Source: Candidatus Anderseniibacteriota bacterium
GTDB taxonomy: Bacteria > Patescibacteriota > Andersenbacteria > UBA10190
NCBI GenBank assembly: GCA_016197005.1
Contig: JACPWO010000004.1
Span: forward strand, 6,305-70,304
Direction of reading: 5' to 3'
Length of the DNA: 64,000 nucleotides
In this document: piece by piece, positions 51,404 to 62,913 of the stretch
Numbering within the stretch: the first letter of the stretch is position 1
How the letters are laid out: the number at the start of each line of letters is the position of its first letter
Program-made: the position numbers and the translations under genes
The notes under the pieces: model-generated
What the model was told of the DNA's origin: nothing
The model's input: only the letters and a program-made list of their open reading frames with translations
Database searches by the model: none

Positions 51404-54400
51404 ATGCCCCAACTACCCGAGGTAAAAACTGTTCAATTTAATCCTCGACGTACGCGTCACACTTTTTCCGAAGGTGCGCGAGTATCTCACGACTTGCCTC
51501 ACTTACTCCAGGCACAGCTCGACTCAAATGGATGGTTTTTTGAATTCGGTCTCAATGAATTATTTGAAGAAATTTCTCCGATTACCGATTACAGTGGCAA
51601 TTTAGAATTACATTTTGTTGATCATTATTTAGATGCTCCGAAACACACGGAAGAAACTGCTCGTCAGCGCAACGCAACTTTTGAGGCTCCACTGCGCAGC
51701 GCTGTTCGTCTGGTAAATAAAAAAACCGGTGAAGTAAAAGAACAAGAAGTGTATCTGGGTGAATTCCCAGTCATGACTGCTCGTGGCACGTTTATTATTA
51801 ACGGTGTTGAACGAGTTATCGTTTCCCAGCTCATTCGTTCAGCTGGAGTTTTCTTTTCTAGCGCTACTGCTAAAGGTCGCCGTTGGTATGGAGCAAAAAT
51901 TATTCCAAATCGTGGAGCGTGGCTTGAATTTGAAACTGCGCCTGACCGCGCCCTATATGTAAAGATTGATCGCAAGCGTAAAGTAGCGGTGACTTCTTTG
52001 CTGCGCGCTGTTGGTATTGAAAAAGATGAAGAAATTCGAAAACTCTTCAAAGATGTTGATACTGACAAAGCCGGTTCATACATTGAAGCTACGTTGGCTA
52101 AAGATGTGTCGAAGAACCAGGCTCAGGGCCTAAAAGAGATCTACAAGCGTCTGCGTCCTGGAGACCTCGCTACGGCAGATAACGCCCGCCAGATGGTCCA
52201 TGACATGTTCTTCCGTTTTGATCGTTATGACTTAGGCCGAGTAGGACGTCATCGCATGAGTCAGCGTCTATCTCTTGATACACCAGAGGATCGTGAACAT
52301 CGCACCTTTCAGGTTGGAGATTTTGTTGCGGTTATTCGAGAAATTATTCGTCTCAACGTTACTCAGGACCCAGCTGATGATATTGATCACTTAGGTAATC
52401 GCCGCGTTCGCGCTATTGGTGAATTACTCCAAAACAAATTCCGCGTTGGGCTGATGCGTATGGAGCGTATTGCGAAGGACCGTATGAGCACACTCGAGCC
52501 GGAGCAAATGACGCCCTCTCAGCTTATTAATGCTCGTCCAATCATTGCCGCGATTAAAGAGTTCTATACCAGTTCCCAGTTGTCCCAGTTCATGGATCAG
52601 ACGAACTTACTGTCAGAAATTGAACACAAGCGTCGTGTCTCAGCCATGGGTCCTGGTGGTCTCGATCGTAATCGAGCCGGATTCGAAGTTCGTGACGTTC
52701 ACCGATCACATTATGGTCGTGTCTGTCCGGTACAAACACCTGAAGGACCAAACATTGGATTAGTTGGACACATGGCGTCATTTGCTCGTCTCAATTCCTA
52801 TGGATTCTTAGAAACCCCATACCGAAAAGTAAAGAATGGGAAGATGACTGACGACATTGAATATCTCGATGCCTACCAAGAAGACAAAGCAATTATTGCT
52901 CAGGCCAGTGAACCGCTCACCAAAAATGGAACATTCGTAAATGAACGAGTAGAGGCTCGTGGTATTGATGGTCAATTCGTAGAAGTTCCAGCCAATGAGA
53001 TTATGTATATCGACGTTGCCCCATATCAAGAACTGTCACTCGCAGCTGGCCTTATTCCATTCGTTGAACACGATGATGCTCAGCGCGCACTCATGGGATC
53101 AAACATGCAACGCCAAGCTGTGCCTTCCGTTCGTCCACAAGCACCACGGGTAGGAACCGGACTTGAATCAGTGGCCGCTGCTAACTCTGGTCAGGTTGTC
53201 TTAAGTGATGCTGATGGAGAGGCAACCGAGGTTGATGGACGACACATTACTATTACAACGAAAGATGACAAGAAACACATTTATAATCTCCAGACCTTCC
53301 TACGAAGCAATCACTCAACTGCGCTTATCCAACGTCCTATTGTTAACCTAGGAGATACGGTAAAGAAAGGCGATATATTGGCAGATTGTGCGAGCACTGA
53401 ACAAGGAGAAATTGCTTTGGGTCAAAATCTATTAGTAGCCTTTACTCCTTGGTACGGCAACAACTTTGAAGATGCTATCGTCGTATCTGAGCGTATTGTC
53501 CGTGATGATCGTTTCAGCTCAGTTCACATTGAAGACTTTATCGTTGATGTTCGAGATACCAAGCTCGGACCAGAAGCAGTCACTCGAGATATTCCAAACG
53601 TCAGTGAAGAAAAACTGCGTAATTTGGGTGATGATGGTATTGTTCGCGTCGGTGCCGAAGTTCGCTCTGGCGATATCTTGGTTGGTAAAGTAACCAATAA
53701 AGGTGAAACTGATCTCACTCCAGAAGAACGACTGTTGCGCGCAATTTTCGGCGAGAAAGCAAAGGATGTTAAAGATACTTCTCTCTACTTACAACACGGT
53801 GAAATGGGTAAGGTCGTTGATGTTAAAACGTTTTCTCGAGAAGAAGGCGATCGTCTGCCTTCCGGTGTTATTAAACAGGTACAAGTAAGCATTGCTCAGT
53901 TCCGTAACCTCCAGGTAGGAGATAAGCTCGCTGGTCGACACGGTAATAAGGGTGTTATTGCCAAGATTGTTCGTGAAGAAGACATGCCATACCTAGCTGA
54001 TGGTCGACCGGTTGATGTGGTTCTTAATCCTCTCGGTGTTGTCAGTCGTATGAACATTGGTCAAATTCTCGAGACCCACCTAGGCTGGGCAGCTGACAAG
54101 CTAGATATTTACACGGCTTCCCCGGCGTTTGCTGGTATGCCAGAAGGTGCTATTCAAGAACAACTTAAGAAAGCTGGTTTACCTGAAAATGGAAAAATAG
54201 ATATGTATGACGGCTTAACCGGAGCGAAACTGGATCGTCCAGTTACCGTTGGTGTTATGTATATTCTCAAACTGCACCACATGGTTGAAGACAAGATTCA
54301 TATGCGTTCAACTGGTCCGTACTCTCTCGTTACTCAGCAACCGCTTGGAGGTAAAGCCCAGTTTGGTGGTCAGCGTTTTGGAGAAATGGAAGTATGGGCT

Positions 54401-54682
54401 CTCGAAGCGTACGGTGCCGCTCATACCTTACAAGAAATTTTGACGGTAAAGTCTGATGACGTCGGTGGACGTAGTAAGACATACGAGACGATCGTGAAGA
54501 ACGGTATTATCCAGCCACCGCATACTCCCGCTGCCTTTGATGTGCTCGTGAATGAAATGAAAGGCTTGGGACTTGATGTTGAAATGTTACTTGGCCCGGA
54601 AGCGGAGCCAAAGCAAGACGCGGCGACGGCGGAAAAATCAGAATCAGCGGAAATAAAGAAAGAGATAACAGTTCGTCCGTAA
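51404..54682 (+). CDS. rpoB: RNA polymerase beta subunit
   Basis: GDKLAGRHGNKG, GGQRFGEME, QTPEGPNIG. Confidence 0.99.
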   Translation: MPQLPEVKTVQFNPRRTRHTFSEGARVSHDLPHLLQAQLDSNGWFFEFGLNELFEEISPITDYSGNLELHFVDHYLDAPKHTEETARQRNATFEAPLRSAVRLVNKKTGEVKEQEVYLGEFPVMTARGTFIINGVERVIVSQLIRSAGVFFSSATAKGRRWYGAKIIPNRGAWLEFETAPDRALYVKIDRKRKVAVTSLLRAVGIEKDEEIRKLFKDVDTDKAGSYIEATLAKDVSKNQAQGLKEIYKRLRPGDLATADNARQMVHDMFFRFDRYDLGRVGRHRMSQRLSLDTPEDREHRTFQVGDFVAVIREIIRLNVTQDPADDIDHLGNRRVRAIGELLQNKFRVGLMRMERIAKDRMSTLEPEQMTPSQLINARPIIAAIKEFYTSSQLSQFMDQTNLLSEIEHKRRVSAMGPGGLDRNRAGFEVRDVHRSHYGRVCPVQTPEGPNIGLVGHMASFARLNSYGFLETPYRKVKNGKMTDDIEYLDAYQEDKAIIAQASEPLTKNGTFVNERVEARGIDGQFVEVPANEIMYIDVAPYQELSLAAGLIPFVEHDDAQRALMGSNMQRQAVPSVRPQAPRVGTGLESVAAANSGQVVLSDADGEATEVDGRHITITTKDDKKHIYNLQTFLRSNHSTALIQRPIVNLGDTVKKGDILADCASTEQGEIALGQNLLVAFTPWYGNNFEDAIVVSERIVRDDRFSSVHIEDFIVDVRDTKLGPEAVTRDIPNVSEEKLRNLGDDGIVRVGAEVRSGDILVGKVTNKGETDLTPEERLLRAIFGEKAKDVKDTSLYLQHGEMGKVVDVKTFSREEGDRLPSGVIKQVQVSIAQFRNLQVGDKLAGRHGNKGVIAKIVREEDMPYLADGRPVDVVLNPLGVVSRMNIGQILETHLGWAADKLDIYTASPAFAGMPEGAIQEQLKKAGLPENGKIDMYDGLTGAKLDRPVTVGVMYILKLHHMVEDKIHMRSTGPYSLVTQQPLGGKAQFGGQRFGEMEVWALEAYGAAHTLQEILTVKSDDVGGRSKTYETIVKNGIIQPPHTPAAFDVLVNEMKGLGLDVEMLLGPEAEPKQDAATAEKSESAEIKKEITVRP

Positions 54683-54691
54683 ACAACTCTT

Positions 54692-57600
54692 ATGGCCTTT
54701 GATCACCAAATAGAAAGAAAACCTACCTTCCAATCGATTCGGCTTCGCTTAGCGTCTCCGGAAACAATTTTAGATTGGTCACACGGAGAAATTACCAAGC
54801 CGGAGACGATTAATTATCGCACCCAAAAACCAGAAAAAGATGGTTTGTTCGACGAACGTATCTTTGGTCCAACCAAAGATTGGGAATGTTACTGCGGTAA
54901 GTATCGCCGGATTCGATATAAAGGAATTGTCTGTGACAAGTGCGGCGTTGAGGTAACACGTTCGGCTGTTCGTCGTGAGCGCATGGCTCATATTAATCTC
55001 GCCACACCTGTTTCTCATATCTGGTTTCTGCGCGGTGTGCCATCAAAGATGGGACTTCTGCTCGATATTAATGTCAGTCAACTGGAGAAAGTTATCTATT
55101 TTGCTTCATACATAGTAACGGCTGTTGACGCGGCCGCTAAACAGGAAGTACTGGATCGTATTCATCGTGAAGGAGAATCGAAGAAATCAGCCATTAAACA
55201 AGGGTACAAACAGCTGCGCTCGAAGTTACCAAAAGATGCCAAAGATCGGGACGCGCGCAAAGAAAAACTAAAGAAAGAAGAAGGACAGGAAGTAGATAAG
55301 CTTGATGCAGCGCTAACGATTGCTCGTGATCAAGTTGAGCGTTTGGCTCCCTATCTCATTATTTCTGAAGTTGAATATCGTGACTTGTCTCTCAAGTATG
55401 GACACGTCTTTAAGGCTAGTATTGGCGCCGAAGCTATCCGCGGCATTTTTGAGAAAATGGATTTGGACAAGATGGCCATTGATATGGAAAAGGAAGCAAG
55501 GGAAGCCTCAACTGCTAAGCGTAAACGTCTGATGCGTCGCCTCGCTCTCATTCGTAGTTTGCAGCGAGCACAACTCCGTCCCGAATGGATGCTCTTAACA
55601 CAGCTACCAGTTATTCCACCGGATTTACGTCCAATGGTGCAGCTGGATGGTGGACGATTTGCTGCTTCTGATTTAAATGATTTATACCGTCGCGTTATTA
55701 ACCGTAACAACCGCTTGAAGCGTTTGCTCGAACTTGGTGCGCCAGAAATTATTACTCGCAACGAGAAGCGTATGTTGCAAGAAGCAGTTGATGCTCTGAT
55801 TGATAACTCGGCTCGTCGTGGTTCAACTACTATTAGTACAACCGGTCAGCGCCGTCAGCTTAAATCTTTGGCTGACATGCTTAAAGGTAAACAAGGACGA
55901 TTCCGTCAGAACCTACTTGGTAAACGTGTCGATTACTCCGGTCGTTCCGTTATTGTGGTTGGTCCAGAATTGCAGCTGCATCAGTGTGGACTCCCAAAGA
56001 TTATGGCTTTGGAACTCTTTAAGCCATTCGTTATTAGCAAATTAATTGAACGAGAATTGGCTCACAACATTCGCTCGGCTTCTCGTTTGATTGAGCAAGG
56101 TATTCCAGCCGTGTGGGATGCGCTCGAAGATGTTACTCGTGCTCATAAGGTACTGCTCAACCGTGCACCAACGCTCCACCGTCTTGGTATTCAAGCGTTC
56201 CAGCCAATTTTGATTGAAGGCAAAGCTATTCAGATTCACCCAATGGTTACACCACCCTTTAACGCTGACTTCGACGGTGACCAAATGGCCGTACACGTAC
56301 CGCTTTCTGATAAAGCTCGTTTCGAGGCCGATGAAATTATGTTGTCTTCGCACAACCTTCTAAAGCCATCTGATGGTCAGCCAGCTACATCGGCAACCCA
56401 AGATATCGTATTAGGTTTGTATTATATTACCAGCGTAGAAGAAGGAGCTAAGGGAGAGGGACGTGCCTTTACTGGACTGGATGAGGCAACGATGAGTTAC
56501 CAGTTAGCGCAAGTTGCTATTAACGCTAAGGTCAAAGTTCCTAATCCAGCCAAGGGCAGTGAAATTGTTGAGACCACTATTGGACGACTCATGTTCCATG
56601 CCATCCACCCTGATCAAGAAACCTTCATTAATGATGTCTTGGATAAGAGCAGACTGAAGAAAATTATTGGACGAGTGCTCACCATTTACGGTCAAGAGCG
56701 TTGCGCAAAATTCCTCGACGACATGAAGAACTTAGGATTTGCTCACGCGACGTGGAGCGGTATGTCATGGGGTAGCAGCGATTTAGCAACACCAGAAGAT
56801 AAGCACAAAGTACTGGAAGAAGCAGAAGGTAAGGTTACCCGCATTCGTGAACAGTACGAAGAAGGTTTACTGACGGAAGATGAGCGGTACCGTATGGTGG
56901 TCGGCGTGTGGGAAAGTGCTCGTGAACAAATGGGTGAGCTGACGAAGAAAGCGCTTGATCCAAAAGGTAGTATCTATGCCATGGTAGCCTCTGGTGCTCG
57001 TGGATCATGGACACAAACTTTGCAGATGGTTGGTATGAAAGGTACTGTCGCTGGCCCAACCGGTCGAGCCGTTGAATTACCGATTAAGAGCAGTTTTAAA
57101 GAAGGATTTAACGCTCTGGAATACTTCTTGTCTACTCACGGAACTCGTAAGGGTATGGCCGATACCGCGCTGCGTACTGCTACTGCCGGTTACCTTACCC
57201 GCCGTCTTGTAAACGTTGCTCAAGATATTGTGGTGCACGAAGAAGACTGTGGGGATAAAGAAGGCAGCACACTGAACGCAGCTGACAGCGAAGAGATTGG
57301 TGTAACGCTGGGGAAACGAGTACTCGGTCGTATATTGGCTACTGGTTTGAAGCACCCTCGCACTGACAAATTGCTATACAAGCGCGGTACGCTGATTGAT
57401 CAGGAAATCGCTGATAAGATTGATAAACTGGAAATTTCTGAAGTTACGATTCGTTCGGTAGTAACGTGCGGTGCTCGCTTCGGTATTTGTCAGACATGTT
57501 ATGGCTGGGATTTGGGTAGTAACGCTATGGTAAAGATTGGTGAAGCTGTTGGTGTCGTTGCCGCTCAAGCTATCGGTGAACCTGGAACTCAGCTGACCAT

Positions 57601-58348
57601 GCGTACCTTCCATTCTGGAGGTGTTGCCGGTGAAGACATCACTCAAGGATTGCCTCGTGTTGAAGAATTGTTTGAAGCTCGTATTCCAAAGGGTGAAGCG
57701 ATCATGTCAGAAATCGATGGAAAGGTTTCCATTAAAGAATCCAAAGAAGAAATTTCTATCGTTGTTACAAATAGTAAAGAAGAAAAGGCATATTCTGCTC
57801 CGGCTAACGCTACGCTTTTGGTAAAGAATAATGCGAAGGTTATGGCTGGGGAGCAGTTGACGGAAGGACACTTGAACGTACAGGATCTGTATCGAGCTGC
57901 TGGTGCTCGCGCCGTTCAGCGCTATATTCTTCGTGAAGTACAGCAAGTGTATGCCATTCAGGGTGAAACAATTAACGACAAGCACTTAGAGACGATTGTT
58001 CGTCGTATGCTTTCTTCTGTTCGTGTAGAAGAGCCAGGTGATACAGAACTTATTCCCGGTCGAGTTGTTGAATTAACTGAATTTGAAGCAGCCAACGAAA
58101 AGGTGAAAGCCGCTGGTAAACAAGAAGCTACTGGTGACCGTCTCCTGCTGGGTATCACGAAAGTCTCTCTTTCTACAGACAGCTTCCTTGCCGCCGCTTC
58201 CTTTATGGAAACCGCTCGTGTTCTTATCGATGCTGCTGTTACAGGTCGAGCTGATACTCTCCGTGGTCTCAAGGAAAACGTTATCATTGGTCGTCTCATT
58301 CCAGCCGGTACCGGCTATCGCAAACCAGGCGCGCTCTATTCAATCTAA
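54692..58348 (+). CDS. rpoC: RNA polymerase beta' subunit
   Basis: NADFDGD, N-terminal zinc finger, GEPGTQLTMRTFH. Confidence 0.99.
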   Translation: MAFDHQIERKPTFQSIRLRLASPETILDWSHGEITKPETINYRTQKPEKDGLFDERIFGPTKDWECYCGKYRRIRYKGIVCDKCGVEVTRSAVRRERMAHINLATPVSHIWFLRGVPSKMGLLLDINVSQLEKVIYFASYIVTAVDAAAKQEVLDRIHREGESKKSAIKQGYKQLRSKLPKDAKDRDARKEKLKKEEGQEVDKLDAALTIARDQVERLAPYLIISEVEYRDLSLKYGHVFKASIGAEAIRGIFEKMDLDKMAIDMEKEAREASTAKRKRLMRRLALIRSLQRAQLRPEWMLLTQLPVIPPDLRPMVQLDGGRFAASDLNDLYRRVINRNNRLKRLLELGAPEIITRNEKRMLQEAVDALIDNSARRGSTTISTTGQRRQLKSLADMLKGKQGRFRQNLLGKRVDYSGRSVIVVGPELQLHQCGLPKIMALELFKPFVISKLIERELAHNIRSASRLIEQGIPAVWDALEDVTRAHKVLLNRAPTLHRLGIQAFQPILIEGKAIQIHPMVTPPFNADFDGDQMAVHVPLSDKARFEADEIMLSSHNLLKPSDGQPATSATQDIVLGLYYITSVEEGAKGEGRAFTGLDEATMSYQLAQVAINAKVKVPNPAKGSEIVETTIGRLMFHAIHPDQETFINDVLDKSRLKKIIGRVLTIYGQERCAKFLDDMKNLGFAHATWSGMSWGSSDLATPEDKHKVLEEAEGKVTRIREQYEEGLLTEDERYRMVVGVWESAREQMGELTKKALDPKGSIYAMVASGARGSWTQTLQMVGMKGTVAGPTGRAVELPIKSSFKEGFNALEYFLSTHGTRKGMADTALRTATAGYLTRRLVNVAQDIVVHEEDCGDKEGSTLNAADSEEIGVTLGKRVLGRILATGLKHPRTDKLLYKRGTLIDQEIADKIDKLEISEVTIRSVVTCGARFGICQTCYGWDLGSNAMVKIGEAVGVVAAQAIGEPGTQLTMRTFHSGGVAGEDITQGLPRVEELFEARIPKGEAIMSEIDGKVSIKESKEEISIVVTNSKEEKAYSAPANATLLVKNNAKVMAGEQLTEGHLNVQDLYRAAGARAVQRYILREVQQVYAIQGETINDKHLETIVRRMLSSVRVEEPGDTELIPGRVVELTEFEAANEKVKAAGKQEATGDRLLLGITKVSLSTDSFLAAASFMETARVLIDAAVTGRADTLRGLKENVIIGRLIPAGTGYRKPGALYSI

Positions 58349-58429
58349 AGCGAAAGTGGTCGAAGGGAGCTAAAAGTCCCAAACAGGTGGGTTTTACGCA
58401 TTTGGCTGTGGGCTTTACACTTACGTAAT

Positions 58430-60667
58430 ATGCGACTTAATCCTTTCTCGCGACCTCCTCGGAGTCGGAGTCGATCAGTAGAAAGTGAGCCATGGCTACG
58501 TCCTGAAACCCGCGAGGCCATTATTGGAGTTGTCCTCATTATTGCCTCTCTTATTGTCATTTTGAGCTTCTTTTCAGCAGCTGGGCCTGTCGGTGAAGCG
58601 TCTTTATCGGGTCTGCGTTACCTGTTTGGCCTCCTGGCGTATGTGGTACCACTTCTAGCAGGAGCAATTGGAATTTATTTGGTATATCCCGGGGAGAGTC
58701 AGTTTCCGCGCCTGCGCGCCTTTGGAGTGTGTCTTACCTTTCTTGGGTTAGTTGGATTATTCCATTCAATCGGTATTACGGCTGAAGATGCCCTCGAAGC
58801 TGCTCGTGATGGTCGCGGTGGTGGACTGGTTGGTTTTGCGCTCGTATGGCCACTCAATGTAGCGTTTGGCAGAATTGCTTCCACTCTTTTGTTTGTGGCT
58901 ACCTTGCTCATTGGTGCTTTTCTTACACTGAATATTTCTCCTATGGATATTCGCCGCTGGCTTGCCGCTTGGTGGGCAACTGCAGAAAGTGACGAGGAAG
59001 TTAGCGAAGAAATATATGAAGAAGGCGAGGAAGTACCGGAAGGCGAATCACCAATGCGTATTCCGCATTTCCGTATTAGTCGGGTAAAGCCAGGTGAGCC
59101 TGACCCTAATCAGATGCAACTAGAGCAACAAAAGAAAGTGGAAGAAGAACAGCGGCAGCGAGTATCTCAGCAATTGCGATCGGCTAACAAACGATATAGT
59201 CCGCCAGACCTTAATCTCCTGCATGTTTCTGTTGGAAGGGCCGATACCGGAAATATAAAAGAGAATAAGGAAAAGATTCGTGAGACGCTGGAGAAGTTCG
59301 GTATTGAAGTGAAAATGGACAAAGTAAACGAAGGTCCAACTGTAGCCCAATATACGCTCGTGCCGGCCCCAGGTGTAAAACTGGCTCGTATTACCGCTCT
59401 GCAAAATGACTTAGCGCTGGCTTTAGCTGCTCACCCAATTCGTATCGAAGCACCTATTCCGAAAACTCATTTAGTGGGTATTGAAATACCGAATCGGGAA
59501 GTGTCATTGGTGCGAGTGCGAGACTTGATTGGCGGCAAGGGATTTAAGCAATCGCCTTCTCCTTTAACGATTGCGTTAGGGAAAGACGTCTCTGGTATTC
59601 CGCGGTATGCCAGTCTTGATCGCATGCCTCATCTTTTGATTGCTGGTGCTACCGGATCTGGCAAGTCCATTTTTGTGAATACACTCATTATGTCCCTCCT
59701 ATACCGAAACAGTCCCTCGTTAGTTAGGTTTATTATGGTGGATCCGAAACGAGTAGAGCTGTCGTTGTATAACGGTATTCCACATCTACTAACGCCAGTT
59801 ATCATGGAGCCAGATAAAACGATTAATGCACTCAAATGGGCAGTGCGTGAAATGGAACGCCGCTACCGACTATTATCCGAATCCGGCTCTCGTAACCTCA
59901 TGTCGTTTAATGCGAACAATCCAGAAGAAGCCCTCCCTATGATCGTTATCATCATCGATGAGTTAGCTGACCTTATGGCCACACACGCCCGAGACGTGGA
60001 AGGCGTTATTGTACGTCTGTCTCAAATGGCTCGAGCTATTGGTATCCATTTGGTGCTGGCTACCCAACGTCCTTCCGTAAACGTTATTACCGGCCTTATC
60101 AAAGCAAATATTCCAGCTCGAGCTGCCTTTAATGTGGCTTCGCAAATTGATTCACGTACTATTTTGGATGGAGCGGGAGCTGAGAAACTCTTGGGTTCAG
60201 GAGATATGTTGTACTTGTCGGGTGATCAGGCAAAACCCGTCCGTATTCAAGGAGGATTTGTTTCTGAAGAGGAAGTTCGCGCTGTGGTAAAGGATATAAT
60301 CAAGCGCAATCCCATGGATATTGAGCACGAGGACGCTATTGTTAATCCGATTCGAGAAGTATCGTCCGGCAGCGGCGATGCCGGTGAAGATGATTTGTTT
60401 GAAGATGCTCGGCAGCTGGTAACAGAATCAGGTAAGGCTAGTGCCTCTCTTTTACAGCGTCGTCTGCGCGTTGGGTACTCGCGAGCCGCTCGTCTTTTAG
60501 ATATGTTGGAAGAGCAAGGGATTATTGGTCAACAAGAAGGGAATAAACCTCGCGAAGTACTAGTTAGCTCCGAAGTGGAAGTGCCACGAGATGAAGAAGA
60601 GCCAATACCTGCGGGGGAAGAGATGGTAGAAGAAGATGACGACACACCCGAAGACTTCACCCGTTAA
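58430..60667 (+). CDS. ftsK: DNA translocase FtsK
   Basis: Multi-TM N-terminus, PHLLIAGATGSGKS, LQRRLRVGYSRAARL. Confidence 0.96.
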   Translation: MRLNPFSRPPRSRSRSVESEPWLRPETREAIIGVVLIIASLIVILSFFSAAGPVGEASLSGLRYLFGLLAYVVPLLAGAIGIYLVYPGESQFPRLRAFGVCLTFLGLVGLFHSIGITAEDALEAARDGRGGGLVGFALVWPLNVAFGRIASTLLFVATLLIGAFLTLNISPMDIRRWLAAWWATAESDEEVSEEIYEEGEEVPEGESPMRIPHFRISRVKPGEPDPNQMQLEQQKKVEEEQRQRVSQQLRSANKRYSPPDLNLLHVSVGRADTGNIKENKEKIRETLEKFGIEVKMDKVNEGPTVAQYTLVPAPGVKLARITALQNDLALALAAHPIRIEAPIPKTHLVGIEIPNREVSLVRVRDLIGGKGFKQSPSPLTIALGKDVSGIPRYASLDRMPHLLIAGATGSGKSIFVNTLIMSLLYRNSPSLVRFIMVDPKRVELSLYNGIPHLLTPVIMEPDKTINALKWAVREMERRYRLLSESGSRNLMSFNANNPEEALPMIVIIIDELADLMATHARDVEGVIVRLSQMARAIGIHLVLATQRPSVNVITGLIKANIPARAAFNVASQIDSRTILDGAGAEKLLGSGDMLYLSGDQAKPVRIQGGFVSEEEVRAVVKDIIKRNPMDIEHEDAIVNPIREVSSGSGDAGEDDLFEDARQLVTESGKASASLLQRRLRVGYSRAARLLDMLEEQGIIGQQEGNKPREVLVSSEVEVPRDEEEPIPAGEEMVEEDDDTPEDFTR

Positions 60668-61307
60668 CGTTGGAGCAACATTGCAGGCAGCGCGAGTTGC
60701 CCAGAGGCGCTCGCTGGAAGAAGCCTCCAAGGAACTTCGTATTCCTCTTAGGCAGCTTGAAGCTCTCGAACATGATCAGCCACAAACATTCTCGGCAACG
60801 GTGTATGCCTTAGGGGCACTACGAGCATATGCCAAGTGGTTGGGGCTTGAGGAGCGACCACTAGAACGAGCAGTGGCCTCCGCTCTTCGAGAAAAATCTC
60901 GGCCGCGGCCGCTAAAACTTGCTACGTTTGCTCGCTGGCACGAGCGAGTGTTGTCGGGAAGTACTGTCCTGACGATGAGTATTGCGCTGGGTGTATTGGT
61001 AGTAGGTGGGTATGTTGTCTGGCAAGTAAATTCTTTTTGGCGTCTGCCACATCTTACGCTATCTTCTCCAGCTCAAAATGTAGTGGAAGGTGATGCTGTA
61101 ACGGTAAGTGGTATGAGTGAACGCGATGCACGGGTACAAATTAATGGCGAGACTATTATGCTGCGCGAAGATAATTCGTTTGAACACACGGTCCCGATTG
61201 AGCCTGGTATTACCATTGTGCGGGTAGAAGCTCATGGTCCTTCTGGGCGGGTAGCTGTGCAAGAAAAGCATTTGCTTAAGGTGCGCAGCGGCGGTACGGT
61301 GAGATGA
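60636..61307 (+). CDS. RodZ-like HTH membrane protein with Ig-like C-terminus
   Basis: VGATLQAAR...LEALE...YAKWLGL, then a TM and a beta-rich domain. Confidence 0.75.
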   Translation: MTTHPKTSPVNVGATLQAARVAQRRSLEEASKELRIPLRQLEALEHDQPQTFSATVYALGALRAYAKWLGLEERPLERAVASALREKSRPRPLKLATFARWHERVLSGSTVLTMSIALGVLVVGGYVVWQVNSFWRLPHLTLSSPAQNVVEGDAVTVSGMSERDARVQINGETIMLREDNSFEHTVPIEPGITIVRVEAHGPSGRVAVQEKHLLKVRSGGTVR

Positions 61308-62344
61308 TGACTAAGACGAAAGAAAAAACTGCCGAAAAGGTCGACGATAAAGCAGTCAGTGTAACCGCAGCAATTGATACAATAAAAGAACGATTTGGCG
61401 AAGGCGCAATTATGCGTCTGGGAGAAATTAAAAAAGTAGACGTGGATGCTATTTCTACCGGCTCAATCTCGCTGGATATTGCTCTGGGAATCGGCGGTGT
61501 ACCACGCGGGCGTATTATTGAGGTGTACGGCCCAGAATCTTCCGGAAAATCTACGTTAGCTCTTCACATCACTGCCAATGCTCAGAAAAAGGGCGGGACA
61601 GTTGCCTATGTTGATGCCGAACACGCGCTTGATCCGCAGTATGCCAAGCGGGTAGGTGTCAATTTAAATAACCTTCTTATTAGCCAGCCAGATACTGGGG
61701 AGCAGGCTCTCGAAATTGTAGAAACACTTGTACGATCCGGTGCAGTTGATCTTATTGTTATTGACTCTGTTGCGGCCCTTACTCCTCGGGCTGAAATTGA
61801 AGGAGAAATGGGAGATTCACACATGGGCTTACAGGCTCGACTTATGAGCCAAGCGTTGCGTAAGCTCACCGCTATTGTCTCTAAGACAAATACGACGATT
61901 GTTTTCATTAACCAGATTCGCATGAAAATTGGCGTTATGTTCGGTAATCCTGAAGAAACAACAGGTGGAAAAGCTCTTAAGTTCTACTCCTCTGTTCGTA
62001 TCGATTTACGTCGCCGGGCTCAGATTAAAATGGGTGAAGATAAGATTATTGGTAATCGAGTTCATGCCAAGATTGTGAAGAACAAAGTTGCCCCACCATT
62101 TAAAGTAGCTGAGTTCGATATTATGTATAACCAAGGAATTAGCTACGAAGGAGATTTGATTGATATCGGTGTGGTCTACAAAGTTATTGAAAAAGCTGGT
62201 GCTTGGTTTTCATATAAAGGAGAAAAATTGGGTCAGGGTCGTGAAGCTTCAAAAGCGTTCTTGAGAGAAAACCCCAAGACAGCGAAAGACATTGATACTG
62301 AGATTTGGAAAGCAGTAGAGGCCGAAGAAAAAGCCGCGCAGTAA
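61304..62344 (+). CDS. recA: Recombinase A
   Basis: [26 protein letters not shown]. Confidence 0.99.
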   Translation: MMTKTKEKTAEKVDDKAVSVTAAIDTIKERFGEGAIMRLGEIKKVDVDAISTGSISLDIALGIGGVPRGRIIEVYGPESSGKSTLALHITANAQKKGGTVAYVDAEHALDPQYAKRVGVNLNNLLISQPDTGEQALEIVETLVRSGAVDLIVIDSVAALTPRAEIEGEMGDSHMGLQARLMSQALRKLTAIVSKTNTTIVFINQIRMKIGVMFGNPEETTGGKALKFYSSVRIDLRRRAQIKMGEDKIIGNRVHAKIVKNKVAPPFKVAEFDIMYNQGISYEGDLIDIGVVYKVIEKAGAWFSYKGEKLGQGREASKAFLRENPKTAKDIDTEIWKAVEAEEKAAQ

Positions 62345-62347
62345 TCC

Positions 62348-62656
62348 TTATTTGTTTATAGCCAAAATGGCGTCGAAGTTATCGTCGATCGCAATTTTGT
62401 TGCGCTGAATTTTACCGCACCGCTGGCATTCGTGAACAAGATCCAATTTTGCCGGATCGACTCCTTCGACGCCTACGGCCGGCATCAACCCGCCACAGCT
62501 ACTGGCGCGGTCGCCTGGTATTTTGTCATCGACGTGTTTAGAGGTAAGGCAATAGGGGCAATGATTTCGAGACGTACTCCGGGCAGGTAGTACGTCTTTT
62601 TTACAGATCTCGCAGGTAAACCCCTCGTTGCGGGGAATGAAATTTTTTTGCTCCAG
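62348..62656 (-). CDS. RNHCP-domain zinc-binding protein, apparent CTG start, not in the ORF track
   Basis: FTCEIC...SRNHCPYCLTSKHVD...PGDR..SCGGLM...HECQRCG. Confidence 0.85.
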   Translation of the reverse strand: MEQKNFIPRNEGFTCEICKKDVLPARSTSRNHCPYCLTSKHVDDKIPGDRASSCGGLMPAVGVEGVDPAKLDLVHECQRCGKIQRNKIAIDDNFDAILAINK

Positions 62657-62657
62657 A

Positions 62658-62903
62658 TTATTCTTGACCGCGGTATTTGATCAGACCCATCTCGCGGGCT
62701 TGTTTGATCTCCCGTGCAATCTTGCGTTGGTGACGAGCGGTTATACCAGTCTTACGGCGAGGAAGAATCTTACCTTGGGTACTAATGAAAAGGCGGAGTA
62801 ATTCCGTGTCGCGGAATGTTACCTGATCCAACACTTCTGCTTGCAGCAGTTGTTCAATAGATTTCTTTTGGCGGGAACGAGTTTTCGGGCGCTTCATTTG
62901 CAT
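62658..62903 (-). CDS. rpsR: 30S ribosomal protein S18
   Basis: GKILPRRKTG...QRKIAREIKQAR. Confidence 0.95.
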   Translation of the reverse strand: MQMKRPKTRSRQKKSIEQLLQAEVLDQVTFRDTELLRLFISTQGKILPRRKTGITARHQRKIAREIKQAREMGLIKYRGQE

Positions 62904-62913
62904 AGTAATAAAA

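Noticed and set aside
51404-62344. Numerous short overlapping ORFs inside rpoB, rpoC, ftsK and recA
   Set aside because: Off-frame or antisense shadows of well-supported genes.
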